From contig JAYKHR010000162.1 of the NCBI GenBank assembly GCA_035285125.1, positions 1-48,784 on the forward strand: DNA of 48,784 nt. Direction: 5' to 3'. The notes below the pieces were generated by a model that was given only the letters and a program-made list of their open reading frames with translations, ran no database searches and had not been told where the DNA came from. The translations under genes were made by a program, and so were the position numbers. Below are positions 9,523-19,048 of the stretch, piece by piece. This stretch comes from Candidatus Sericytochromatia bacterium. GTDB taxonomy: Bacteria > Cyanobacteriota > Sericytochromatia > S15B-MN24 > JAQBPE01. Position 1 is the stretch's first letter, and each line of letters opens with the position of its first letter.

Positions 9523-10737
9523 GTGCGCCACGGCCTGCTGCCCACCCTCCTGCTCCTCAGCGCCCTCGCCACGGGTTGCACGGGCCCGGGGGGCGGCCTG
9601 CCCGGTTCCGCAGGGGTGCTGCCGGCGGACCGCGCCGAGGCCGCGGCGCGCTGGACGAAGCGGCCCGTGGTGCTGCCCTTCAACGAGTTCCTGCGCGAGC
9701 GCATGAGCTTCTACCGGCACAAGGTCTATGCACCCCGCAACGCCCGCAACTACGCGCTGCTCAACACGGCGATGTACGACGCCCTGCGGCGGGCAGACGG
9801 CCGGGTGTCCGGCGTGGCGGCGGCGGCCGAGGCGGCGGCAGCCGTGATCGCCCACGCCCTGCCCGAGGAGGCCGCTGCAGCGGCCCGCCTGGCCCAGGAG
9901 GCCAGCGACGCCTACGTCCTCGCGGGCGCGGCCACCGCGTCCCAGGCTACGGCGGGTCGCGCTCTCGGGGCGGAGGTCGCCGCCGAGCTCATCCAGCGGC
10001 GGCGCAGCGACGGGGCCGAGACTTACTCGCCGATCCCGGCCGTGGCCGCGCTGCCCGTCCCGTCGGAGCGGCACGGGGGGCTCTGGTCGCACCCCGTCGC
10101 CACCGAGCCGGAGGTGCGCCTCTGGCAGCCGTGGGGCATCTCGGGCCCGTCGCAGTTCCGCCTGCCGGAGCCGCCGCGGCCCGGCAGCCCCACCTTCGAG
10201 GCGGAACTCAAGGAGGTCGAGGGCATCGAGGCCACCCTCACGGCCTCTCAAAAAGACGCTGCTGACCGCTACGCCCTGACGGCGCCACCCTCCGACTGGA
10301 ACAAGCTGGCCGTCGAGTGCATCGAGCTGCACAAGCTTGATGAGGTCGCCGCCGCCCGGGTGCTGGCGCACTGGGGGCGGGCCGAGGCCGACGCCGCCAT
10401 CGCCTGCTGGGACAGCAAGTTCTGGTGGTTCCAGATCCGCCCACAGGCGGAGCTCCGGCGCCGGAACGCGAACACCACCTGGTGGCCGTACCTCGTCACG
10501 ACGCCCTCCCACCCGTCCTACCCGTCGGGCCACAGCGCCTTCTCTGGCGCCGCCTTTGCCGTGCTCGTCCGGGCCTTCCCCGACCAGCGCCAGAAGCTGG
10601 AGGGCTTCATGACGGAGATGGCGGACTCCCGCATCTGGGGCGGCATCCACTTCCGCGCGGACGTCAAAGACGGCCTGGAGCTGGGGCGCCAGGTCGGCGG
10701 GGTACACGCCGACGCCTGGGCGGCCGAGGCGAAGTAG
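9523..10737 (+). CDS. Vanadium-dependent haloperoxidase / PAP2 superfamily lipoprotein
   Basis: Lipobox LATGC and motifs K(F)WWFQIRP, HPSYPSGHS, SRIWGGIHF. AAGGAG RBS before GTG. Confidence 0.85.
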   Translation: MRHGLLPTLLLLSALATGCTGPGGGLPGSAGVLPADRAEAAARWTKRPVVLPFNEFLRERMSFYRHKVYAPRNARNYALLNTAMYDALRRADGRVSGVAAAAEAAAAVIAHALPEEAAAAARLAQEASDAYVLAGAATASQATAGRALGAEVAAELIQRRRSDGAETYSPIPAVAALPVPSERHGGLWSHPVATEPEVRLWQPWGISGPSQFRLPEPPRPGSPTFEAELKEVEGIEATLTASQKDAADRYALTAPPSDWNKLAVECIELHKLDEVAAARVLAHWGRAEADAAIACWDSKFWWFQIRPQAELRRRNANTTWWPYLVTTPSHPSYPSGHSAFSGAAFAVLVRAFPDQRQKLEGFMTEMADSRIWGGIHFRADVKDGLELGRQVGGVHADAWAAEAK

Positions 10738-10747
10738 CGCCCGCGCC

Positions 10748-11755
10748 TCAGCGCCCCCCCCGTCTGCCCACCCGCCCAGGCCCGACCGCTGGCGCCAGCC
10801 CCCAGTCTGCTCGGCGGTCGCCGCGACCGCCCGGCCGGTGCGGCACGAAGCGGCCCGCCCCGAGGGCCGCCGCCTGGGCCCGGTTGACGGCGGCCACCAG
10901 CTCGGGGCCAGGCCCCGGGGCGGTGGCGCCCAGCACGTCGAAGGCGGGGCGGCCGGCGCCGTCGTACTGCGAGGTGACGAAGCCGAGCCCGGGCGTCACG
11001 CCGGCCAGGCCTGCCAGCCGGGCCGCCACGAAGTTCCCCGTTTGGAAGGCGTCGTGCTCCACCGTCAGGTGCACGTAGTCGCCGTAGGCAAGGGCGCCTT
11101 GGCCCCCGGCAGCGGTGCTGGCCTGCCAGGCTGCGGCGTACCCGGCCGCGAGCGTGCGGTCCTCGTCCGAGGGCCCCGGGGTTGCGAGCCGTGCCCGCTG
11201 CGCGGCGTGGCACATCTCGTGCACCACGATGGCCACGGCCGCGTGGCGAGACTGCTGCGCGAGGGTGTGCGGGTAGAGGGTGATCGTGCCTCTGTCCCCG
11301 CCCGTGGGGGGCTCGTAGGCCGCCATGAGGTCGGCGTCCGCGTCGAAGGACGGCTGTCGCGCGATCCGGGGTACCTCGCACCCCATCACCTCGCCCTGCA
11401 CCGCGGCCACACGGGCGAGCACGTCCATCTTGGCCTCGGTTGAGGCCCGGGCCCAGCCAGCCAGCCCCGCCGCGACCTCTTCGTCCGCTGCGAGGCGCTG
11501 CGCGAGCGTGGCCCGGCGGGGGGCGACGACGCGCTCGAGTGCCAGCAGGAAGGGCCGCCCCTCGGCCGTCAGCACGTAGGCCGCAGGCCGCGCCAGCTGC
11601 ACCGACGGGTGCCCGGCGAGGTCGTCGGGCAGGCCCCCGAGGGCACCGGCGTCCGCTGTGCCGGGGACGGCGCGGGCGGGCAACCCCGGCCCGCTGGCGG
11701 CGTCGCAGCCGAGGCCGAGGAGCGAGAGGAAAAGCCAGGCGTGGTGCAGGCGCAT
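10748..11755 (-). CDS. Lipoprotein, putative zinc metallopeptidase (HEMCH)
   Basis: Lipobox LGLGC, HExxH motif with a downstream EHDAF, GGAGG RBS. Confidence 0.7.
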   Translation of the reverse strand: MRLHHAWLFLSLLGLGCDAASGPGLPARAVPGTADAGALGGLPDDLAGHPSVQLARPAAYVLTAEGRPFLLALERVVAPRRATLAQRLAADEEVAAGLAGWARASTEAKMDVLARVAAVQGEVMGCEVPRIARQPSFDADADLMAAYEPPTGGDRGTITLYPHTLAQQSRHAAVAIVVHEMCHAAQRARLATPGPSDEDRTLAAGYAAAWQASTAAGGQGALAYGDYVHLTVEHDAFQTGNFVAARLAGLAGVTPGLGFVTSQYDGAGRPAFDVLGATAPGPGPELVAAVNRAQAAALGAGRFVPHRPGGRGDRRADWGLAPAVGPGRVGRRGGR

Positions 11756-11815
11756 CGGGGGACCTCCCGAGGGCAAGGGCCCGGCAGCGTGTCGCTGCCG
11801 GGCCCTTGGGGGTGA

Positions 11816-12880
11816 TCAGCCCTGGGCTGCGGGGGCCTGGCTGTCGGGGGCGCCCTTCGGGCCGTGCATCCGGGGGCCACCCATTGGGCCGTGCATCCGG
11901 GGGCCACCCATCGGGCCGTGCATCCGGGGGCCGCTCTTCGGGCCGTGCATCCCGGGGCCGCCCTTCGGGCCGTGCATCCCGGGGCCGCCCGGCAGCCCGT
12001 GGGCGAACAGCTGCTGGCGCTGCTCGGCCGTGAGGCTGGTCGCAAGCGTCACCAGCGCGTCGACGGGGAAGGCCGGCCGCTCTGCCCGCTCGGGCTTCAG
12101 GGCCTCGAGCTGGGTGGCGTCGCCCGTCCTCCAGAAGGCGAGCATGGCGGCCTGGTGGGCCTCATGCTTTGCCTTGCGCGCCGCCTCGTCCCGATCCGGG
12201 CGGTTGGCCTCCATCGCGGCGTGGAAGGCCTGCAGGGCCGCCTGCTGCTCCGCGGTCAGGCTGAGCTTGGTGGCGAGCTCGGCGAGCAGCTCGGCGTGGT
12301 CCGGGCGTGCCGCGTCGGCAGGGCGCTCGGGACGGGCCTCCCGCTTGGGCCTGGCCTCGAGGCGGGCGACGAGCTTGGCGACCTGGTCTGCCGTCAGCAC
12401 GGCGCGCATCTCGACCAGGCGGGCCGTGGGGCTCTCGGCGTGCGGGGGCTTGGCCGGGGGGGGCGCGGCCAGGGCCGCCTTCAGGGCCTCCACGTCCAGC
12501 GTGGCGGCTGTCAGGATGGCCTGAAGCTTCTGGCCCCGACGCTCGGGCTGCGCCGCGTCGTCGGCTGCGGGCTTGGCCGGGTGGTGCTTCTCGGCGATCG
12601 CCTTGAGCTGTGCCTGCTGATCGGCCGTGAGGTCGAGCCCCGCGAACATCCGCTGCTCGCCGCGGGGGCCGTGCTTCCTGTCGCCGTCGCGGTGTCCCTC
12701 CTTCATCTCGCCGCCGCGCGGGCCCTTCGGGAAGCCGGCGCGCTCGCCGACCTGGCCGTTGCCGCGGGCTTGCAGCACGCTGCTGAGGACGGAGGCGTCG
12801 AGCAGCGCGGTGCTGCCGCAGCCAGAGAGGGTGCCGAGGGCGAGGGCCAGGCCCACGGCAGGGATCAGGGGGCGCTTCAT
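11816..12880 (-). CDS. Spy/CpxP (LTxxQ motif) family lipoprotein with His/Met-rich repeat tail
   Basis: Lipobox LSGC, four LTA(D/E)Q motifs, AAGGAG RBS. Confidence 0.8.
   Translation of the reverse strand: MKRPLIPAVGLALALGTLSGCGSTALLDASVLSSVLQARGNGQVGERAGFPKGPRGGEMKEGHRDGDRKHGPRGEQRMFAGLDLTADQQAQLKAIAEKHHPAKPAADDAAQPERRGQKLQAILTAATLDVEALKAALAAPPPAKPPHAESPTARLVEMRAVLTADQVAKLVARLEARPKREARPERPADAARPDHAELLAELATKLSLTAEQQAALQAFHAAMEANRPDRDEAARKAKHEAHQAAMLAFWRTGDATQLEALKPERAERPAFPVDALVTLATSLTAEQRQQLFAHGLPGGPGMHGPKGGPGMHGPKSGPRMHGPMGGPRMHGPMGGPRMHGPKGAPDSQAPAAQG
11852..11989 (-). repeat. 27-bp tandem repeat x5 encoding (G/S)GP(G/R)MHGP(K/M)
   Basis: GGGCCGTGCATCC recurs every 27 bp. Confidence 0.9.
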
Positions 12881-12964
12881 GGGGTTGCTCCTTCACTCGA
12901 TGGGGGCGGCCGACGCGTCGGCCTCGGGCCCTGGGGGGGGGCCGCTGGAGGGCCCCCTCATCCT

Positions 12965-12991
12965 ATATCGCCGGGACGCCTCGAAACATGC
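12965..12991 (-). promoter_or_regulatory. sigma28-like promoter
   Basis: Minus strand GCATGTTT-N11-GGCGATAT upstream of the 12880 start. Confidence 0.55.
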
Positions 12992-13041
12992 GGGAAGTGT
13001 CGCAGCGCGCCGTAGGCAATTTCGCGGATGGTGGGGACGGC

Positions 13042-13308
13042 TCACGAACGCGACAACGACGCATCCTGGGGCGCCTTGTTGTTCGTCTCCAGGTTCTTCT
13101 TCAGCGTGCCCTGGATTTCCTTGATCATCTCAGCCTGCCGCTGGAGGTCCTGCAGCTGGAGCTGGAGCTGGGTGAGGCGCTGCTGCGTGATGTTGGCGTT
13201 GGCGGCCTCTGGCCCCAGCTTCGTCATCTGCTGGCTGAGGGTGGCACCGCGCTGGGCGAGCTGCGACGCGGCGCTGTACATGTCCTGCTGGTTAGAAAGG
13301 TGTCCCAT
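13042..13308 (-). CDS. Small Gln-rich helical-hairpin protein; candidate needle/pilin-like subunit (paralog 2)
   Basis: GGGAGG RBS, 88 aa, 64/82 identical to 522..770. Confidence 0.6.
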   Translation of the reverse strand: MGHLSNQQDMYSAASQLAQRGATLSQQMTKLGPEAANANITQQRLTQLQLQLQDLQRQAEMIKEIQGTLKKNLETNNKAPQDASLSRS

Positions 13309-13370
13309 GGTAGACCTCCCTCGGTCGAGCCGTTCTGGCCTCGTGAGCAGCTTGGCCGTGCTCACTGCGC
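13309..13370 (-). promoter_or_regulatory. Conserved 5' leader with hairpin (copy 2)
   Basis: GTGAGCA-loop-TGCTCAC hairpin, then AGAACGGCTCGACCGAGGGAGGTC. Confidence 0.6.
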
Positions 13371-13494
13371 CGGAGGCAGGCTTACGGCTGCCACCTTGCA
13401 GGCTCTCTTTTTTGCGCCACGCCCAACCTTGGGCGTCACAAAGAGCTCATCCGGGAAGGGACTAACGGGGCACCAACAAGGCGACATCGGGTGG

Positions 13495-13589
13495 TTATGC
13501 GGTGGTTAATAATGTGTCAGCGGTCGGTGTCGAACCTGGCCCCGGGGCGCCAGCGGCGAGAGCCTCAGAATTTTTGAGGGCGTCTTAAC
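13495..13589. promoter_or_regulatory. Two degenerate TTAA-N7-TTAA boxes in a divergent promoter region
   Basis: TTAT-N7-TTAA (13495-13509) and TTGA-N7-TTAAC (13574-13589). Confidence 0.5.
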
Positions 13590-13671
13590 CTGGAGGAGGG
13601 CCCTTGTTGGACGAAACCGGGAACATGGTGGGGTGGTCCTCGTTGAGAGGGCCTTGCGAGGGCCTGAACAG

Positions 13672-15408
13672 ATGCGCCGTCCCCGATTCACCGTGTTTGC
13701 CGCGAGCCTCGTGCTCGCCACGGCCGCCTGCCAGGCCACCACGCCAGCGGGTGGGCCGGGGACGCCCGGGAAGCCCCGGCCTCGGGCGAGCGTCGCCGTG
13801 GACGTGAGCCCCGCAGCCCCGAGCGGCGTCGCCGCCCTCCTGCGGCCGCCCGCCGGCAACAGCCTCACCGTCACCGGGGCCATGGTGCTCGATGCGAGCT
13901 ACCTCACGCGGACGGAGACGGGCACGGCGCTCTCCCTGGACGGCACCACCCTGGTGGCGGCGGGGCGGGACCTTGCCCTCGCCGACGCGGCGGGCGTGGT
14001 GAGCAAGACCCGGATGCTCGACCAGAGCGGGGCCTCCGTCGTCAGCAAGACGCGCCTGCTCAACCCCGACGGCACGCCCGTCGTCAGCAAGACGAGGCTC
14101 ATCGGCCTCGACGGGGCTCCCGTCGTGAGCAAGACGCGCTTGCTCGACGCGCGCGGTGGGCTGGTCGCCGTCGAGGGTGGCAACGTCATCAGCCACAACG
14201 GCGCCTCGTTGATCAGCGACGCGGGGGGCTCTGCCATCAGCAACGCCGGTGGCAGCCTGGTCGGGAAGTCCAAGTACAGGCTGGCCGCCGCGGAGGCGGT
14301 CCAGGTGCTCGACGCCACCACCGGGCCCTCCTTCGGCACCCAGCTGCCGGCCGCTGGCATGCAGATCGCGGCCATCTCGCTGCGCACGGGCAGCGCCCTG
14401 CCCATCGGCGAGGACCCCGAGGGCAAGCCCGTCTTCTCGATTTTCACCAACCTCGCCGGCGGCTACACCCTCCACCTCCCGCCCGAGGAGGCCGGCAACG
14501 TGCTCGTGGTGGCTGGCGTCCCCGAGGTGCAGGATCCCCGGTCTCGCTACGCGTTGCTTGCGCCGGTAAAGGCGGGCGTGCGGGCCGATCTCGACGAGGA
14601 CACCAGCGCCGTCACGCGCACGATCCGGGAGGTGCTTGCCCACCGGCTCGCCGAGGTCTTTGTCTCGCCGCCGGCCCGCGCGACGTGCTTGCTGATGAAC
14701 TCTGGCTCGCTGCCGGCTGACACGGGGGCGATGATCGCCAGGTTGGTCGAGGACCTGCACGAGGCCGCCGCCTCGGTGCGCGTGACGGCCGATCCTGCCC
14801 AGCGCGGGGCCGTCGCGCGCCTCTCCCGCCGGGTCGCGGACCTGATGTTGGCCCCGGTCGACCTGCTCGGCGTCGTGATCGTGCCCAACGGCACCAAGGC
14901 CGATGCCTCCGCCGACGTGATCGGCTCGCCAGCCCTGACGGTGCTGGCCGGGGTGATGCGCGACGCGCGGGAGCGAGCCACGGCGAAGCTGGCGGCGGAT
15001 CCGGGCTTCCTGAGCAGGCAGGACTTCTTCCGCACGGCCACGGCCTGTGACCCCACGCGCTACCGGTTCGAGAAGCCGTCTGACCTCAACGCCTTCGTGC
15101 TCGAGGAGTACCTGCTCAACAACAGCGATCCTGGCCTGTTGCGGGCCGCCGACATCTTCCTGGCGCTCGGGATGCCCACCACGGAGTTCCAGTTCCCATA
15201 CGCCTCGGCCCACGTCGTGCGGGCGATCGACGCCATCACGACTCGCATCATGCTCAGCTGGGTCCTCGACGAGGGCCAGATCCAGGCGCAGGTGAAGGGC
15301 CTGATTGCCGGCTATGACCCGGCGGCGGGCGGAGAGGCCCCGGCGGCCTTCCTGCGCTCGCCTTGCCCGCGTCCGGCAGCGAGCGCCAGCGTGGCCCCCT
15401 GCCCCTGA
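13672..15408 (+). CDS. Lipoprotein with VVSKTR and ISxxGGS tandem repeats
   Basis: Lipobox LATAAC, four 14-aa repeats, then four to five 8-aa repeats. Confidence 0.8.
   Translation: MRRPRFTVFAASLVLATAACQATTPAGGPGTPGKPRPRASVAVDVSPAAPSGVAALLRPPAGNSLTVTGAMVLDASYLTRTETGTALSLDGTTLVAAGRDLALADAAGVVSKTRMLDQSGASVVSKTRLLNPDGTPVVSKTRLIGLDGAPVVSKTRLLDARGGLVAVEGGNVISHNGASLISDAGGSAISNAGGSLVGKSKYRLAAAEAVQVLDATTGPSFGTQLPAAGMQIAAISLRTGSALPIGEDPEGKPVFSIFTNLAGGYTLHLPPEEAGNVLVVAGVPEVQDPRSRYALLAPVKAGVRADLDEDTSAVTRTIREVLAHRLAEVFVSPPARATCLLMNSGSLPADTGAMIARLVEDLHEAAASVRVTADPAQRGAVARLSRRVADLMLAPVDLLGVVIVPNGTKADASADVIGSPALTVLAGVMRDARERATAKLAADPGFLSRQDFFRTATACDPTRYRFEKPSDLNAFVLEEYLLNNSDPGLLRAADIFLALGMPTTEFQFPYASAHVVRAIDAITTRIMLSWVLDEGQIQAQVKGLIAGYDPAAGGEAPAAFLRSPCPRPAASASVAPCP
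13990..14270 (+). repeat. 42-bp x4 and 24-bp x4-5 coding tandem repeats
   Basis: GT(G/C)AGCAAGAC recurs every 42 bp and ATCAGC every 24 bp. Confidence 0.8.
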
Positions 15409-15449
15409 CGCGTCCACGACCTGGCCAGGTCGGGGCGTGCGCGGGGTAC

Positions 15450-18400
15450 ATGGGGCGCGGAATGCACGACACGATCCTTCGCGGCAAGATCACCCGCCCT
15501 GGCCTCGCGCCGGCGCACCTGGCCCGGGCCCTGTGGCCTGAACCCGGCTTGCCGGCTGCCACGGTCTTGCTCGCAGGGCCAGGGCACGGCAAGACGCAGG
15601 CGATGCTCTCGCTGGCAGCCCAGGCTGAGCGGGCTGGCCATCCCACCGCCTGGGTGTCCTTCGACGAGCTCGACGCTGACGCGCTGGGGGTGTTCCGGCA
15701 CCTCGTGGCGGCCGTGCGAGAGCAGGTCCCCCCCTTCGGCTCCGAGACCGAGGCGCTGCTCGGCAGCCCCCGCCTCGACCCTCGCGTGCTCTGGCAGGTG
15801 TTCTTCCGCGAGCTTGCGGCCTACAACGCCCAGCCGGGCCTGTTGCTGTTCCTCGACGACGTCCACCACCTGCTGGCGGGCGTGCCAGAGGTCGTGCGGG
15901 GCCTGGCCTTCCACCTCGACAAGCTGCCCGGCTGCGTCCACCTCGTGCTCTCATCGCGCCAGCGCCTCGGCACCTCGCTTGAGCGGCTGGAGGCGCTGGG
16001 CCGGCTGCGGCTGCTGGGGCCGGGGGAGCTGCGCCTGAGCGAGGCGGAGGCGCAGCGGCTCTGGGAGGCGAGCAGGCCCGAGCCCTGCCCGACCGACTGG
16101 CCCGAGGTGGTGAGGCTCTACGAGGGCTGGCCGCTCGGCGTGGCCTGGGCGGCCTCGCGGCCTCCGGCTGCGCCTGCGGGGCCGGCGAGGGGCACGGGCC
16201 CGCTGGGGATGGCCTTCGGCGCCACGCGGCCGGGCGGGGTGGGGGGGCCTCGCGTCACCAACGCCCAGCTGCTGCGCTACATCGCCGAGGAGCTCTTCGG
16301 GGCCCAGTCGGTGGTGCTCCAGCAGCTGATGGTCCGCTCGGCGCTGCTGCTCGCCGTCACGCCGGCGGCCGTCTCAGCGGCCTGCGAGCTGCCTGATCCC
16401 GAGGCTGGCCTCCTGGCGCTGGCCGATGCGCACCTGGCAGAGCCCCTGCCCGACGGGGCCTATCGCTACCCCACCTACCTGCGCGACTTCCTCGTCACGG
16501 AGGCCAAGCGGCGCCTGCCCCTCGACGCGCTGCGGGCGCTGCACGCCCGGGCCGGGGAGCACTTCCTCGCCGTCGGGAAGCCAGAGCTGGCCTTCCCGCA
16601 CTTGCTCGAGGGCCAGGCCTGGCCCCTGGCCCTCCAGACCCTGCGGGCCGAGGCCCCCACCCTGCTGGCCCGCGGGGCGCAGGGCCAGCTCCAGCGCTGG
16701 CTGGCCGCCTTTCCCGAGGCGCTACAGGGGGCACCGTGGGTGCAGTTCTTCTGGGGCAGCCTGGCCTGGCGCGCCGGCGAGCCCGCCCGGGCCGGGGCCC
16801 ACTGGGCGGAGGCGCTGGCCGGCTTCCGCCGGGACGGCGAGGCGGCCGGTGAGACCAAGGCCCTCGTGCGCCTCTACACGATGGCCGTCAACCAGGACGA
16901 TGCGGCCGCGGGCGATCGGCACGGTGAGCTGGTGGCCGCGCTGGCGCGTGCCGGCGCCGACGAGGATCGGGCGGACCTGCTGCTGGCCGAGGCCCTGGAG
17001 GCGGATCGGCGCGGCGACGTGGCCGCCTGGCAGGCTGCCAACGAGGTCGTGCTCGCCATGCCGGTGGGGCCGCGCATCGAGCTCGCCCAGTGTGCCTGCA
17101 TCGCGCACATGAACCTCTTCACGCTGGCCCTGCACCAGGGCGAGCTGGCGCGCGCCCGGCTCCACGTCGATGAGACGCAGCGGCTGGCCGGGCAGTGGGC
17201 CTTTGGCCCGGAGGGCCTCTTCGCGGGCATCCTGCGGGCGCACCTGCAGCTCCTGACCGACGACGTGGAGGCTGGCGGCGCGGTGCTGCGGGCCCTGCCG
17301 CCGAGCTGGGAGGAGGCCCTCGACTGGCACGACCGCGCCAGCACGCTGTACATCCTCGGTGGCTTCCACATTCTGCAGGGCGACTGGCGCCTGGCGGACG
17401 AGCGCCTGCGCCGCTCGCAGGCGCTCTTCACCCAGGCCGGGTTCCCGCTGGGCGAGAAGCTCCCGCGCGAGCGGCTGGCGTGGCTGGCCCTGCAGCGCGG
17501 CCGCCCCGAGGACGCCGTCGCGACGGTCGACGGTGCCGGGCCGCTGGAGCGCGGCAACGTCTACGACCTCGCGCTGCGCCTCGTGCGGGCCAGGGCCCTG
17601 ACCCTGCTCGGGCGCACGGACGAGGCGCTGGAGGCCCTCGGGGCGATCGCGCAGGACGCCCGCGCCATGCGCGCCCCGCTCGCCGAGGTTCGGGCGGCGC
17701 TGTACGAGGCGGCCGCTCGGATGCGAGCGGGCGACGCCGCGCAAGGCCAGGCGGTCCTCGCCGATGCCCAGGCCACGCTCGAACGCCACGGCTACGAGTT
17801 CCTGCGCCGCCAGGACCCCGCGCTCTGGCAGGACCTCGCGGCGGCTAGGGCGCCGGTGCAGGGGGCCACGGCCGCCGCAGCCCCGGAGGGCCGGCTCGGG
17901 CTGCACCTCTTCGGCACCTTCGAGGTCCGGCTCGACGACATCCTGCTCGCCACCTGGCCGCGGCGCAAGGCCAAGGTCGTGCTCGCGGCCCTGGCGCTCG
18001 AGCCCCGGGGGCTCCCGGCCCTCACGCTCGCCGAGCTCATCGAGGACCGCACGGCCCGCCAGGCCGGCGTCCAGATGTGCGTCATGGCCCTGCGTCGGGT
18101 GCTGGAGCCCGAGCTTGCCGACGGCTCCCTCTCCCGCTTCGTGAAGCTGCAGCAGGACCGCTACACGCTGGTGGAAGAGGCACTGGCGACGTGCGACGTG
18201 CGCGAGTACGCCCGGCGCGTGCAGGCCGGCCTGCGGGCCCGGGACGCGGCGCCGGAGGAGGCGCTGACGGCCCTGGAGGCCGCGCTGGAGCTGTACCGGG
18301 GGGGGCTGCTCGAGGAGCCCTTCTTCGAGCCCTGGTTCGAGGCCGAGCGCGAGGGGTTCCGGCGTCAGGCCGTCGCGGCCCTGGCCTGGCTGCACGACCG

Positions 18401-18644
18401 CCACGTGTACCTCGGGCACGAGGCGGAGGCGCAACACTGCCTGGAACGCGCCGCCGCGATCGCGCCTTGCGACGACGACGTGGTGATCCAGGCCCTGCGC
18501 CACCACGCCCTGAGACGCGCCCCCGAGCGCGTCCGCGCGGCCTACTGGGACCACCGCAAGGCGCTGCACCGGCGCCTGGACCGCACGCCCTCCGAGGACG
18601 TCGAGCAGGCCTACCGGGAGGCGCTGCGGCAGGCAGGGGGCTGA
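15450..18644 (+). CDS. MalT-like STAND ATPase / TPR / wHTH-BTAD (SARP) transcriptional regulator
   Basis: Walker A AGPGHGKT, Walker B LLFLDDVH, EGWPLG, LHLFGTFEV wHTH, LYRGGLL...WFEAERE BTAD. The start may be 15462. Confidence 0.88.
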   Translation: MGRGMHDTILRGKITRPGLAPAHLARALWPEPGLPAATVLLAGPGHGKTQAMLSLAAQAERAGHPTAWVSFDELDADALGVFRHLVAAVREQVPPFGSETEALLGSPRLDPRVLWQVFFRELAAYNAQPGLLLFLDDVHHLLAGVPEVVRGLAFHLDKLPGCVHLVLSSRQRLGTSLERLEALGRLRLLGPGELRLSEAEAQRLWEASRPEPCPTDWPEVVRLYEGWPLGVAWAASRPPAAPAGPARGTGPLGMAFGATRPGGVGGPRVTNAQLLRYIAEELFGAQSVVLQQLMVRSALLLAVTPAAVSAACELPDPEAGLLALADAHLAEPLPDGAYRYPTYLRDFLVTEAKRRLPLDALRALHARAGEHFLAVGKPELAFPHLLEGQAWPLALQTLRAEAPTLLARGAQGQLQRWLAAFPEALQGAPWVQFFWGSLAWRAGEPARAGAHWAEALAGFRRDGEAAGETKALVRLYTMAVNQDDAAAGDRHGELVAALARAGADEDRADLLLAEALEADRRGDVAAWQAANEVVLAMPVGPRIELAQCACIAHMNLFTLALHQGELARARLHVDETQRLAGQWAFGPEGLFAGILRAHLQLLTDDVEAGGAVLRALPPSWEEALDWHDRASTLYILGGFHILQGDWRLADERLRRSQALFTQAGFPLGEKLPRERLAWLALQRGRPEDAVATVDGAGPLERGNVYDLALRLVRARALTLLGRTDEALEALGAIAQDARAMRAPLAEVRAALYEAAARMRAGDAAQGQAVLADAQATLERHGYEFLRRQDPALWQDLAAARAPVQGATAAAAPEGRLGLHLFGTFEVRLDDILLATWPRRKAKVVLAALALEPRGLPALTLAELIEDRTARQAGVQMCVMALRRVLEPELADGSLSRFVKLQQDRYTLVEEALATCDVREYARRVQAGLRARDAAPEEALTALEAALELYRGGLLEEPFFEPWFEAEREGFRRQAVAALAWLHDRHVYLGHEAEAQHCLERAAAIAPCDDDVVIQALRHHALRRAPERVRAAYWDHRKALHRRLDRTPSEDVEQAYREALRQAGG

Positions 18645-18786
18645 GGGGGCGGGGCCCCAGATTCCGCGGCAAGGAGATGACGCGCTGGTGCAGCCACGCC
18701 CCTCCGGGGGCCTTACCCCCCTGCTGCCCTGGGGGGCTGCGTCAGCGGGGGCTTGTGTCCAGGTGAACCAGGGAATTCGCCAGCGT

Positions 18787-18812
18787 TCAAGTAAAAATTA
18801 GCCCAGGCTTAA
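18787..18812. promoter_or_regulatory. Triple half-site array with 11-bp period
   Basis: TCAA-N7-TTAG-N7-TTAA. Confidence 0.5.
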
Positions 18813-18965
18813 GGTGGCTCCCCAGGGCTTGGAACCTCGCCGAAACCCCAGGCGCGGACAAGACCGCTGGCGTCTCTGCGCGCCGGCAAAGGCCGGGGTG
18901 CGCCCGCCCAGAGGGCAAAAGACACCGTCGCCACCTGGCGGCGTTGGGTCCCGCGCCGCGCAAAC

Positions 18966-19002
18966 TTAAACGAAAATTACTTCGAGCTTAACCAATGCTT
19001 AC
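18966..19002. promoter_or_regulatory. Quadruple TTAA/TTAC half-site array with 11-bp period
   Basis: TTAA-N7-TTAC-N7-TTAA-N7-TTAC directly upstream of the hydrolase pair. Confidence 0.7.
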
Positions 19003-19048
19003 CCCTGGTCGGGCCTTGGCCGGCGACCATGACAAGGACATGCCACTG

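Noticed and set aside
13405..13437. Terminator at the ACGCCCAA/TTGGGCGT hairpin
   Set aside because: The T run lies 5' of the hairpin on the plus strand, and the minus strand gives an A run after it, so it is not a terminator in either direction.
11852..14270. CRISPR-like arrays in the 27-bp and 42-bp periodic repeats
   Set aside because: Periods are multiples of three, the repeats lie inside ORFs with synonymous variation, there are no unique spacers, and no cas genes are present.
13585..18569. Long antisense and alternative-frame ORFs (e.g. 13585..15417 -, 16722..18569 -, 22190..24178 +, 7419..9065 + full length)
   Set aside because: These are shadow ORFs typical of high-GC DNA: Arg/Gly/Pro-rich, without motifs, and overlapping well-supported genes.
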